Positions 52,684 to 61,213 of a DNA stretch of 61,213 nt are shown in pieces. The position numbers and the translations under genes are program-made. The notes under the pieces were generated by a model that saw only the letters and a program-made list of their open reading frames with translations, did no database searches and had not been told where the DNA came from. Where the stretch lies: positions 1 through 61,213 of the forward strand of contig JACRIL010000184.1 in the NCBI GenBank assembly GCA_016235825.1. The letters run 5' to 3'. Source of the DNA: Planctomycetota bacterium. GTDB taxonomy: Bacteria > Planctomycetota > Phycisphaerae > SM23-33. Numbering within the stretch: position 1 is the stretch's first letter; each line of letters begins with the position of its first letter.

Positions 52684-54855
52684 ATGAAGAACTTTTACAG
52701 ATCGCTGCGATACCTGTGGCCTTACAAGGGCCGGCTGGGCGTTGCCGTCGTATGCGTCATAATCATAAGCGTGCTTTGGGGCGGCGGAATCGGCATGATG
52801 CTGCCCGGCGCGAAGGTTCTGCTTGCGCCTGAGGGTCTGCACGGATGGGCGTGGCTGTCGATGACGCAGGATCGGCTCAACGCGACGATCGTGCGGCAGG
52901 AGGTTCCGCCGGGATCGAGCGTGGACGGCCAGCCGATCGTGATAGTGCTCAACGTGGTAGACGTGTCCAAGGACGGCAAGGCGGACAGGGCCGGCCTGCC
53001 CAAAGGTTGGTGGCTTGTCGGTCGCGGCCGGGCGGGCAACGCCGGACCAGCCGATTCGCGGCCCGCCGTGGCGGGCAGTGTGGAGCTTGTCCGCGGCGAC
53101 GTGCTGGCCAAGGAAATAGCGCACGCAGCCGACTCGTCATTCCTGAACCTGGCTGTATACGACCCCGGTTCAAAAACTCTCAAGGCGATAACCGTCAAGA
53201 TGGACGAGCCTTCGCTGGTCTCGCACTGGCTGGGGCGTGCAGCGGATACGCTGGCCGAGCCGAAGGATTTTCCCGAACGTTTTACCTTGTTCGTATACCT
53301 GCTGCTGGCCGTCCTGGGCCTGACCGTGGTGCGGGCCGTCTTCACGTACATCCAGGAATACCTGATAGGCACGGTCATCTGGCAGGGAATTATGGACCTG
53401 CGGAACGACAATTACAACGTGGTGCTGCAACTGCCGCTTACGTTCTTCGCCGAGAACATCAACGACACCACCAGCCGGTTCATCGCCGACACCGGCGAAC
53501 TGGCCCGCGGCCAGAACACCCTGCTGGGCAAGACGCTCATCGAGCCGGCCAAGGCGCTGAGCTGCCTTGCGATAGCCCTGCTGTGCTCCTGGAAGCTGAC
53601 GCTGCTTGCGATGGTGGCCGGGCCGCCGGCGTTCTTCCTGATTCAGCGGTTCGGCAAGAGCATGCACAAGGCCTCCAAGCGGGCGCTGGAGAGCTGGTCG
53701 ACGATGCTGGCCACGCTCAACGAGACGCTCAGCGGCATCCGGGTCGTCAAGGCCTACACGATGGAAGGCTCGGAACGAAAGCGGTTCTTCCGCGTGAACC
53801 GGCAGCTCTACAAGCAACAATCCAAGATGGAGCGTCTGGACGCGCTTACCGGCCCGGTGGTCGAGGTGCTTGGCATGATCGCCGGGATGCTTGCGGCGGG
53901 CATTGCCGGATTCATGGTCTTCAACCGCCAGATGGACACCGAGGTGTTTCTCACCTGGATGGTGGCCCTGTTCGCCCTGTTTGACCCTGTCCGCAAGCTG
54001 GCAAAGGTTGCGATGCGGTTCGAGCAGGCCGACGCGGCGGCAAAGCGGATTTTCGATTTGCAGGACATGCCGCAGCAGAAGCGGGTCGCCAACGCCCCCA
54101 CCCTACCCCGTCATTCCAAAAGTCTGGAATTCCGCGGCGTGAGCTACCGCTATCCGAACGCCGGGACGGACTCGCTGAAGAACATCAATCTTTCGATCCG
54201 CGCCGGCCAGACGGTTGCGATAGTCGGGCCAAACGGCTCGGGCAAGACCACAATGGTCTCGCTCGTGCCGCGCCTGCTCGACCCGACCCAGGGGGCCGTT
54301 TTCCTCGACGCCCTGGACATCGCCGGATATTCCGTCCGTTCGCTGCGAAGGCAGATCGGGCTGGTTACGCAGGAGACCGTGCTGTTCCACGCGACGATCG
54401 CCGAGAACATTTCCTACGGCCTGCGGCGGCCCAGGCGGGAAAAAGTGATCGAGGCATCCCGCAAGGCCTTCGTCGACGAGTTCGTCCGCGATCTGCCCGA
54501 AGGTTATGAGACGATGGTCGGGGAGTTCGGGGCGACGCTCTCGGGCGGGCAGAAGCAGCGGATATCCATCGCGCGGGCCATCCTGCGCGACCCGGCCATC
54601 CTCATCTTCGACGAGGCCATGAGCCAGGTCGATTCCGATTCCGAACGCCGGATTCACGAGGTCATGCAGGAATTCTCGAAGGGCAGGACCACGCTGCTGA
54701 TCGCCCACCGGTTCGCGACGGTGCTGTCGGCCGACATGATCGTCGTGCTCGACGACGGCAGGATCATCGGCACGGGCACGCACGACGAACTGCTCAAAAG
54801 CTGCCAGTTGTACCACCACCTCTACCAGACCCAGTTCACGGACAGCGGCGGATGA
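52684..54855 (+). CDS. MsbA-like ABC exporter (TMD-NBD) with large insertion in the first outside loop
   Basis: Walker A GPNGSGKTT, signature LSGGQKQR, Walker B ILIFDEAMS. About 160 aa lie between TM1 and TM2. Confidence 0.85.
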   Translation: MKNFYRSLRYLWPYKGRLGVAVVCVIIISVLWGGGIGMMLPGAKVLLAPEGLHGWAWLSMTQDRLNATIVRQEVPPGSSVDGQPIVIVLNVVDVSKDGKADRAGLPKGWWLVGRGRAGNAGPADSRPAVAGSVELVRGDVLAKEIAHAADSSFLNLAVYDPGSKTLKAITVKMDEPSLVSHWLGRAADTLAEPKDFPERFTLFVYLLLAVLGLTVVRAVFTYIQEYLIGTVIWQGIMDLRNDNYNVVLQLPLTFFAENINDTTSRFIADTGELARGQNTLLGKTLIEPAKALSCLAIALLCSWKLTLLAMVAGPPAFFLIQRFGKSMHKASKRALESWSTMLATLNETLSGIRVVKAYTMEGSERKRFFRVNRQLYKQQSKMERLDALTGPVVEVLGMIAGMLAAGIAGFMVFNRQMDTEVFLTWMVALFALFDPVRKLAKVAMRFEQADAAAKRIFDLQDMPQQKRVANAPTLPRHSKSLEFRGVSYRYPNAGTDSLKNINLSIRAGQTVAIVGPNGSGKTTMVSLVPRLLDPTQGAVFLDALDIAGYSVRSLRRQIGLVTQETVLFHATIAENISYGLRRPRREKVIEASRKAFVDEFVRDLPEGYETMVGEFGATLSGGQKQRISIARAILRDPAILIFDEAMSQVDSDSERRIHEVMQEFSKGRTTLLIAHRFATVLSADMIVVLDDGRIIGTGTHDELLKSCQLYHHLYQTQFTDSGG

Positions 54856-57140
54856 GCGACGGAACGCCGGAAAATTCAGGCCTGGCCGGGGGGCTTTCGG
54901 GCAGGGCGCTGATCGCCATGTCGGCGGTCTGCGGGTTTCTCTGCCTGGCGATCTTTACCGGCGATCTGAGGATCGCCCTGGCCGTGATTCTAAACGGGAT
55001 AATGGAACTGTCTGCCGCGATAATGATTCTCGTCGCGGCGGGCGGATACGGACACCTGGCTGTCGGCAGGCTCATCCCGCGCGACGCGCAGGCGAGCCTG
55101 CGGGCCATCACCGCGTGCGGCGCGGGGCTGAGCCTGCTGGCGGCGGCGGTGCTTGTGGCCGGCACGTTTATCGGCGGGCTTCAGAACCGCTGGCTGTGGT
55201 GGCTGGTGATAATCGCCGGGGCGTTTCTGGCGGTCTTTCAGGGCAGAAAGAGCCTGCACCTGCTCCGCCCGTCCGGGCAGACGGACGGCAGGTCGCTTGT
55301 CTGGCTGGTTCTGGCGGCGGCGATCGGCATCTGGCTGGCGGGAGTCATGCGCATGCCTGCAAGTCTCGGCGTGCCGGAGGGGGACGCCTACGACATCCTT
55401 GAATATCATCTCCAGGTTCCCCGCGAATATTACGACGCCGGCAGAATTACAGAGCTTAGGCATAACTGTTACAGCTACTATCCGATGGGCGTCGAGATGC
55501 TCTTTCTACTGGCGATGTCGCTTCGCGGCGGCCCCTTTGACGGGGCGTACCTGGCACAGGTTATGCACGGGATGTTCGGCGTTCTGGCGGCGGCGACTTT
55601 GCTGCTGGGGCTTCGCAAAGACGACGACGGCCGGGCGCGTTTCTCCGCCGGCCTGCTGGCGACCACGCCTGCAATTCTGTACCTCGGCTGGCTGGCCATG
55701 TCCGAACTGGCGATGGTTTTCTACCTCGCGGTCGCGGCGGTCTGGCTGCGGCAGTGGCTTAAAACCGGCCAGATCGGCGCCGCGGCATGTATAGGCCTGA
55801 TGGCCGGCTGCGCGTGCGCGACAAAATATCTGGCCATCCTGTTTGTGGCCGCGCCGCTGCTGGCTGTCATGCTCCCGGCCGCAATTCTGAGCAAAAAGAA
55901 AATTCTCGGCTTGGCGTTCGGTGTGGTCCTGGGCTGTCTGCCTGCGGCGCCCTGGCTTGTCCGCAACGCCGCGCTGACCGGCAACCCGGTGTTTCCACTG
56001 GCGACAAAGATATTCGGCGCCGGCCACTGGTCGGCGGAATCCGCCCAACGATGGGACGACGGCCACGGGCCGCAGGACAAACCGCCCGTTCCAATCCCGC
56101 CCGCATGGAAGACGCCGCCGGGCAATACGCAGCTTGACTGTTTCATCCAGAATTTCCTGTCGCCAGAGAAGCCGTATCTGGGTTTATTGACGATCATCCT
56201 GGCCGGGCTGGGCATCTGCGCCATGATCGCCTCGACCAAAGAGACGTTCGACCCGTGGGAACTGTGCCTGGCGGGGATACTCGCCGTGCAGCTTGTGCTG
56301 TGGATATTTATGACCCATCAGATGCCGTGGCGATTCATAGTCCCGGCCACGGTTCCGCTCTCGCTGCTTGCCGGCGGAGTGCTCAAGAAACTGGCGGGGG
56401 CGAAATTGGACTGGTTTCGCCGCAAGACGCCGGACGGACAGTCTTCGCAGCCTGCCGCCCAGCCGCCGGGCAGGATGCTTGCGGTCGCAATTTTCATGTC
56501 TGTGGCGTTGACCAGCGCAATAGCTTCCTACAACATCATGGGCTACTCCAGCAGGGGTTTATCCTCTCCGCCGCTGAGCATCCGCGAACTGGCGGAAAAG
56601 GGATGGCAGTTGCAGGAGGGAAAGTGGCTGCTGATCGGCGACAGCAACGTTTATTATTTCAAGCCGGGCACCGTCTATGCGACGGTCTTTGACGCCCAAC
56701 TTCTCGATGAGATGATCCGCAAAGGCCATGAACCCGCCCGGATAGTTGAAGAATTGAGGGCAATGGGAATCACTCACATTGACGCAAATTGGATAAGGAT
56801 CTGGTGGATGGCCAGGACGTACGGCTTTCCCGCCTCGCTGAGCACGGAACTCTTCGACCGCAGCCTCGCCGGCGAAAACCCCGGCCTGAAAATTCTGGAT
56901 GCGATGAGGCCTTTCGGGCTGGAGGCCGTGGATGAAATTCCACAGCCGGCCAGACAATCGCCGCAGCCGGAAACGGCTGCCGCCCCGGCCGCAAGCCAAT
57001 CCGCGTCGGGACCGACCGGCAATGACGATCAGCGAACGGCGAGGCCATTCAGATATCCGTACAACTGGCCAATGGCAACAATATACAAACTGGCGCCGGC
57101 CGCAAACGCATCGCCTGTTCCGGCATCCCGGCCGAAGTAA
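54852..57140 (+). CDS. Polytopic membrane protein, GT39/ArnT-like glycosyltransferase candidate
   Basis: More than 10 TM helices and an early loop GDAYDILEYHLQVPREYY. ATGA overlap with the ABC exporter gene. The C-terminal soluble region is Pro/Ala-rich. Confidence 0.5.
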   Translation: MSDGTPENSGLAGGLSGRALIAMSAVCGFLCLAIFTGDLRIALAVILNGIMELSAAIMILVAAGGYGHLAVGRLIPRDAQASLRAITACGAGLSLLAAAVLVAGTFIGGLQNRWLWWLVIIAGAFLAVFQGRKSLHLLRPSGQTDGRSLVWLVLAAAIGIWLAGVMRMPASLGVPEGDAYDILEYHLQVPREYYDAGRITELRHNCYSYYPMGVEMLFLLAMSLRGGPFDGAYLAQVMHGMFGVLAAATLLLGLRKDDDGRARFSAGLLATTPAILYLGWLAMSELAMVFYLAVAAVWLRQWLKTGQIGAAACIGLMAGCACATKYLAILFVAAPLLAVMLPAAILSKKKILGLAFGVVLGCLPAAPWLVRNAALTGNPVFPLATKIFGAGHWSAESAQRWDDGHGPQDKPPVPIPPAWKTPPGNTQLDCFIQNFLSPEKPYLGLLTIILAGLGICAMIASTKETFDPWELCLAGILAVQLVLWIFMTHQMPWRFIVPATVPLSLLAGGVLKKLAGAKLDWFRRKTPDGQSSQPAAQPPGRMLAVAIFMSVALTSAIASYNIMGYSSRGLSSPPLSIRELAEKGWQLQEGKWLLIGDSNVYYFKPGTVYATVFDAQLLDEMIRKGHEPARIVEELRAMGITHIDANWIRIWWMARTYGFPASLSTELFDRSLAGENPGLKILDAMRPFGLEAVDEIPQPARQSPQPETAAAPAASQSASGPTGNDDQRTARPFRYPYNWPMATIYKLAPAANASPVPASRPK

Positions 57141-57212
57141 CGGCTCGGCCAAATTCAGCGAATTCGACAACCCGCATTTCGCCATACAAACTCGCGCGGT
57201 ATAATCTCACTC

Positions 57213-58250
57213 ATGTCACGGATGCGAAAAATAATCTGGCTTGTCGCCATTCTGCTCCTGACCGGCGGATTCGGCGGATGTTCCGGGGATGAGCATTCTG
57301 CCGACTTGAACAAAAAGGTTCGTAAATTGGTCTATGAGCACGCTGGAAGTCTGGACCCACAAAACGAAAATCTGAAGTACAGGCGAAAAGATATTGTCGA
57401 AAAGGAACTGTGTGCAATAGGCAATACCGCCACACCAGGGCTTGTCGCTCTGCTGAATGAGGAGAATATTCACGTCCGTTTTCATGCGATCACATTTATT
57501 GGCAAACTCGCTGATACAAGGGCTGTTGAGCCATTAATCGTTTTGCTGAAAGATGAAAATTACGAAATACGCTTACATGTAGTTTACATTCTTCGCAAGC
57601 TTGGAGATAAAAGGGCAGTTGAGCCTCTGATTCAGGCAATGCAAAATGATGAAAATGAGGGCATTCTTGCTAGTGCAGCGTATGCCCTTGGCGGACTGGG
57701 GGACAAAAGAGCCGTCGAGCCTCTGATACTTGCCTTGCAGAAAACAGATGAATATGGATTGGTTCGTTCAAGTGCGGCAAGAGCCCTTGTCGAACTGGGG
57801 GACAAGAGGGCGATTGAACCCCTAATACAGGCGTTGCTGGGAGATCAGGATTGGGGAGTTCAAAAGAATTCGGCGGAATGCCTCGGCCAACTGGGGGATA
57901 AACGAGCGGTTGAACCCTTGATGCAGGCTTTGCAACTAGACAAAGAAGGCTCTGTTCGCGATGCCTCGGCGGCCGCCCTTGGTAAATTTGGCGATAAAAG
58001 AGCCATTGAACCCCTGTTGCAGGCTTTACAAAGTGATGAAAAAGCATGGGTTTGCAAAGCAGCGGCAACAGCCCTTGGCGAACTGGGCGATCCACAGGTG
58101 ATAAGCACCCTCGAAGAATCGATGAGGAATGACAATGACCCCGAAGTTAGGGAAAGCTGCAATAGAGCGATAGAGAAGCTCAAGGCCATCGCGGCGACGC
58201 GTCCGGGCGGGATATCGCCGGCGACGAAACCGGAATCTTTTACGCCGTGA
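57213..58250 (+). CDS. HEAT-repeat (PBS-lyase type) lipoprotein
   Basis: Lipobox LLLTGGFGGCSG. Six strong and two degenerate 31-aa repeats centred on LGDKRAVEPLIQAL. Confidence 0.8.
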   Translation: MSRMRKIIWLVAILLLTGGFGGCSGDEHSADLNKKVRKLVYEHAGSLDPQNENLKYRRKDIVEKELCAIGNTATPGLVALLNEENIHVRFHAITFIGKLADTRAVEPLIVLLKDENYEIRLHVVYILRKLGDKRAVEPLIQAMQNDENEGILASAAYALGGLGDKRAVEPLILALQKTDEYGLVRSSAARALVELGDKRAIEPLIQALLGDQDWGVQKNSAECLGQLGDKRAVEPLMQALQLDKEGSVRDASAAALGKFGDKRAIEPLLQALQSDEKAWVCKAAATALGELGDPQVISTLEESMRNDNDPEVRESCNRAIEKLKAIAATRPGGISPATKPESFTP

Positions 58251-58302
58251 AAAAGGCTGTTTTTCGTGGAACACACGGGTGAGCCTGTTCGGCGAAACTG
58301 GA

Positions 58303-58352
58303 ACGCCCGCACCATAAAGGGCAAATCACTGTTTGATTCTCCCAGGCAACTG
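58303..58352. repeat. Half-copy of the 29829-29879 repeat arm
   Basis: ACGCCCGCACCATAAAGGGCAAATCACTGTTTGATTCTCCCAGGCAACTG aligns with ACGCCCGCACCACAAGATGGCGAAACATTGTTTGGTTTTCCCCTGTAACTG. Confidence 0.4.
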
Positions 58353-58459
58353 ACCTATTACAAAAAATCCCGGAACCCGCTTGACACGACGATCCTCCGC
58401 AAACTATACTAAATAGTCGATAAAAAATTATCAAAATTTATCGCGAAAGGAGAACGATC

Positions 58460-60730
58460 ATGGCGTCAACAGGCATTCTGTCGGGCACGGCCGGCGTATT
58501 GGCGGCGATCATCGTCTTGACCCTGGCATCGGCTTGCTGGGCGCAGGATGGCGAGGGCGGGCGATGGGCGTTCCAGCCGCCCAAGGACGAATTCAGCCCG
58601 GACGCGATGTTTGATCTGCGATCAATGAACGAAAAAGTCGCCGGCGAGAGCGGCTTTATAACCCGCTCAAAGGATGGCGACGACTTTGTTCTGGGCAACG
58701 GCAAGCCGATCCGCTTCTGGGCGCTGTGCGACGACGCGTCGAAAAAGCACCCGAAGTTCACCGCTCCCGACCTCGCCCGCCACGCGCGGTTCCTCGCCAA
58801 GCGCGGGGTCAATCTGGTGCGGTACTTCGGCGACATCCCCGCCGGCGGCAACCTCAACGACGTCGACACCGAGGACCGGGACAGGCTGTGGAGGACGGTG
58901 GCCGCGATGAAGAAGGAAGGCATCTACACCCTGTTCACGCCGATCTGGATCGGCCATTCCAAAATCAAGCCTGGCATGGGCTTCCTCGACGACGGCGGAA
59001 ACAGCAACTGGGGCCTGCTCTTTTTCGACAAAAAACTCCAGGACGCCTATAAAAGCTGGATGAAGCAGGTCTTCACCGAGAAGAATCCCCACACGGGCAT
59101 CCCGCTGAAGGACGATCCGGCGCTGGCAATCATCCAGATACAGAACGAGGACTCGCTTTTGTTCTGGACCAACCAGCGTCTCAAAGGCGCGGCCAAGACG
59201 GAATTTCGCCGGCAGTTCGGGGAGTTCCTCAAGAAAAAATACGGTTCGCTGGACAAGGCCAAGGCGGCCTGGGGCGCCGGCAGCGACGTTCCGGCCGACC
59301 AGGACAGCGCGGATAATTTTGAGAATGGCGAGGCGGCGCTGTTCATAATATGGGAGATGACGCAGCGGCGCGAGGGCGACGGCCGGCAGAAGAGGCTCAA
59401 CGACCAGCTCGAGTTCTACTGCAAGACCATGTACGACTTCAACAAGATGGTCGAGGACTATCTGAAGAAGGAACTGGGCTGCAAGCTGCTCATCAACGCC
59501 GGCAACTGGCGCACGGCCGACAACGTCATACTGCTCGACGGGGAGCGGTGGAGTTATTCGGCCAACGAGGTGATGGCCGTCAACCGCTACTACACGGGCA
59601 TCCACATGGGCAAGAACAAGGGCTGGGCGATCTGCAACGGCGACAAATTCACCGACGAGTCGGTGCTGCTTCAGCCGCGACAGCTTTCCATCAACCTCAA
59701 ACAGGTCGCCGGCTGCCCCATGCTCGTTACGGAGAGCAACTGGGTTCCGCCGCTGGGCTACCAGTCGGAGGGGCCGTTCCTGATCGCGGCTTACCAGTCC
59801 CTCAACGGCATGGACGCGTACTTCTGGTTCGCCATGCGCGAGGAGGCCTGGGCCGACTGGACGGTCAACAGCGCAAACGGCTATCTGCCCTCGCAGGGCA
59901 AATGGATATGCAACACGCCGATGATAATGGGCCAGTGGCCGGCCGCGGCGCTGATGTACCGGATGGGCTACATCGCAAAGGGCGAGCCGGCCGTCCATGA
60001 GGAGCGGGCGCTGACGGATATCTTCGGTCGAAGCATGCCGATCATCGCCGAGGACGAGGGATACGACCCCAACCGCGACAAGGGGCTTATCCCCAAAGAG
60101 TCAAACGTCAAGGACGGCGTAAATCCGCTGGCGTATCTGGTCGGGCCGGTCCAGGTCAAGTACGGCGGCGACCCGGCAAAGAGCAAGGTGCTCGATATGG
60201 CCAGGTACATCGACTCTGACAAGAAGACCGTCAAGTCCGTCACGGGCGAACTGATGATGGATTACGGCACGGGGCTGTGCACGCTCAACGCCCCGAAAGC
60301 CCAGGGCGTAACGGGCTTCCTGAAAAAGACCGGGACCTTCAAGCTGGCTGACGTGGAGATAAAATCCGGCAACGAGTACGCCACGGTCCTTGCGGTCTCG
60401 ATGGACGACAAGCCGCTCAAGGCCTCCGGCAAGGTGCTGGTCCAGGTCGGCACGACGGCCCGCTCCACCGGCTGGAAGACCCAGCCGTGCAAAATCGAGG
60501 GCAAGGAAGGCCAGCCGGGCAAAGACGGCGAGGAAATTGTCAACGTCGGCAAGGCCCCCTGGCGGATAGTCAACGCCGATGTTACCATCACGATAGCCAA
60601 CCCGGCCCTGACCAAGGCGATTGTGCTCGATGTAAACGGCATGCAGACAAAGGAACTGCCGCTCGAGGCGGCCGGCGGGGCCAAGACGCTGAAATTCCCG
60701 CCCGACGCCATGTATGTCGTCCTGAAATAA
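58460..60730 (+). CDS. Secreted glycoside hydrolase candidate (clan GH-A TIM-barrel-like)
   Basis: Signal peptide with AGGAG upstream. RGVNLVRYFGD and IQIQNEDSLLFW (an NE acid/base-like motif). The GH family is not assignable by eye. Confidence 0.5.
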   Translation: MASTGILSGTAGVLAAIIVLTLASACWAQDGEGGRWAFQPPKDEFSPDAMFDLRSMNEKVAGESGFITRSKDGDDFVLGNGKPIRFWALCDDASKKHPKFTAPDLARHARFLAKRGVNLVRYFGDIPAGGNLNDVDTEDRDRLWRTVAAMKKEGIYTLFTPIWIGHSKIKPGMGFLDDGGNSNWGLLFFDKKLQDAYKSWMKQVFTEKNPHTGIPLKDDPALAIIQIQNEDSLLFWTNQRLKGAAKTEFRRQFGEFLKKKYGSLDKAKAAWGAGSDVPADQDSADNFENGEAALFIIWEMTQRREGDGRQKRLNDQLEFYCKTMYDFNKMVEDYLKKELGCKLLINAGNWRTADNVILLDGERWSYSANEVMAVNRYYTGIHMGKNKGWAICNGDKFTDESVLLQPRQLSINLKQVAGCPMLVTESNWVPPLGYQSEGPFLIAAYQSLNGMDAYFWFAMREEAWADWTVNSANGYLPSQGKWICNTPMIMGQWPAAALMYRMGYIAKGEPAVHEERALTDIFGRSMPIIAEDEGYDPNRDKGLIPKESNVKDGVNPLAYLVGPVQVKYGGDPAKSKVLDMARYIDSDKKTVKSVTGELMMDYGTGLCTLNAPKAQGVTGFLKKTGTFKLADVEIKSGNEYATVLAVSMDDKPLKASGKVLVQVGTTARSTGWKTQPCKIEGKEGQPGKDGEEIVNVGKAPWRIVNADVTITIANPALTKAIVLDVNGMQTKELPLEAAGGAKTLKFPPDAMYVVLK

Positions 60731-60742
60731 TTTTGGCAGGCG

Positions 60743-60880
60743 CCTGTTGAAAAAGTCTCTTTACAGTAGCATGAGTATCAGGGGCATCTTGCCCCTGAAA
60801 TGCCTGGAAAACAGCAAAATCCACGGCCGGGACGGCCGTGATACTCATGGGCGAGATGCCCATGCTACTTTTTCAACGGG
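60743..60880. repeat. Composite palindromic element with three internal perfect hairpins
   Basis: Arms CCTGTTGAAAAAGT...AGTAGCATGAGTATCA / TGATACT...CATGCTACTTTTTCAACGGG. Hairpins at 60779-60797, 60822-60840 and 60846-60864. Confidence 0.55.
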
Positions 60881-61213
60881 CTGATAGCAAGGGGTTTTGT
60901 CTCGCTTTCGCAGGATGGCAAACTGGCCCTCATTAGCGGAGTAGACCAGGGCGAGGCCGCCGGAAAGCAGAGGTTTTGCAGTGTCATAGACCTGGCCTCG
61001 GAAAAAACCATCCAGTCTCTGCCTTGTTTGCAGGAAGGGGCGGGCGAATGGACCAGGGATTTATACGTGTTCATGCTTGCCGACGGGAAACGGGCGATAG
61101 GTTATGTCAGTCGCGCAGGTCTGACAATCTGGGACATTCGCAACGGCAAAATACTGTCAGAATTCAAAAAAACGGCGGATGGTTACGCCTTCACTCCGGA
61201 CGGCAAAAAGCTG
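60881..61213 (+). CDS. WD40/beta-propeller-like ORF, partial at window end, start unresolved
   Basis: My own translation: ...SQDGKLALISGVDQ...GLTIWDIRNGKILSEFKKTADGYAFTPDGKKL. The frame opens after the TGA at 60839-60841. The first in-frame TTG is at 61028 and the first ATG at 61073. Confidence 0.3.
   Translation, partial: MIARGFVSLSQDGKLALISGVDQGEAAGKQRFCSVIDLASEKTIQSLPCLQEGAGEWTRDLYVFMLADGKRAIGYVSRAGLTIWDIRNGKILSEFKKTADGYAFTPDGKKL

Noticed and set aside
57200-57205. TATAAT box 8 nt upstream of the HEAT-repeat lipoprotein ATG as a promoter (leaderless mRNA)
   Set aside because: The matching -35 region (TTTCGC at 17-nt spacing) is poor, and the distance to the ATG would leave essentially no leader. 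Not enough evidence.

Overview
High-GC bacterial window; the gene content and repeat style suggest a Planctomycetota/PVC-type genome, which I cannot verify here.

**Prophage (1-29669).** This is the right-hand ~29.6 kb of a tailed prophage. Every gene lies on the minus strand. The order is: tyrosine integrase abutting tRNA-Gly(UCC) at 29597-29669, excisionase-like HTH, a Cas4-like/Sak4/SSB-like recombination module, VRR-NUC and other nucleases, primase-helicase, an iteron-type ori candidate, a ~700-nt ORF-free structured leader, an accessory DNA-metabolism island, ParB-like protein plus methyltransferase, large terminase, lambda-type gpW and portal, a protease-capsid fusion, an HNH endonuclease, head-tail joining genes and the tail tube. 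The accessory island contains a MoxR/CobS-like AAA+ ATPase with a partner protein, an RFC-like AAA+ gene, a WGR-DNA ligase and a DUF488 protein. The left prophage end is outside the window.

**Chromosome (29.7-61.2 kb).** Genes here are flgM, a YkgJ-type Cys-cluster protein, a coupled PHP/metallophosphoesterase/deacetylase-like operon, a TPR protein, DMT and DUF697 membrane proteins, a 14-blade WD40 gene, a GYF membrane protein, leuS, an AraC regulator with a non-Pyl MttB homolog, an MsbA-like exporter coupled to a GT39-like membrane protein, a HEAT-repeat lipoprotein and a GH-A-like hydrolase. REP/MITE-like palindromes sit between several of them.

**Most unusual observations.**
- A near-consensus promoter drives a hairpin-dense ~700-nt leader, a candidate large ncRNA, that contains a tRNA-like acceptor/T-arm minihelix (19020-19735). 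It lies next to an iteron/AT-rich origin candidate.
- Two otherwise intact genes carry single in-frame stops: TAA in the phage RFC-like gene and TGA in the WD40 gene.
- The phage accessory island shows mosaic scars and a shared HTH module.

All functional calls are by-eye motif recognition. No database search was possible.
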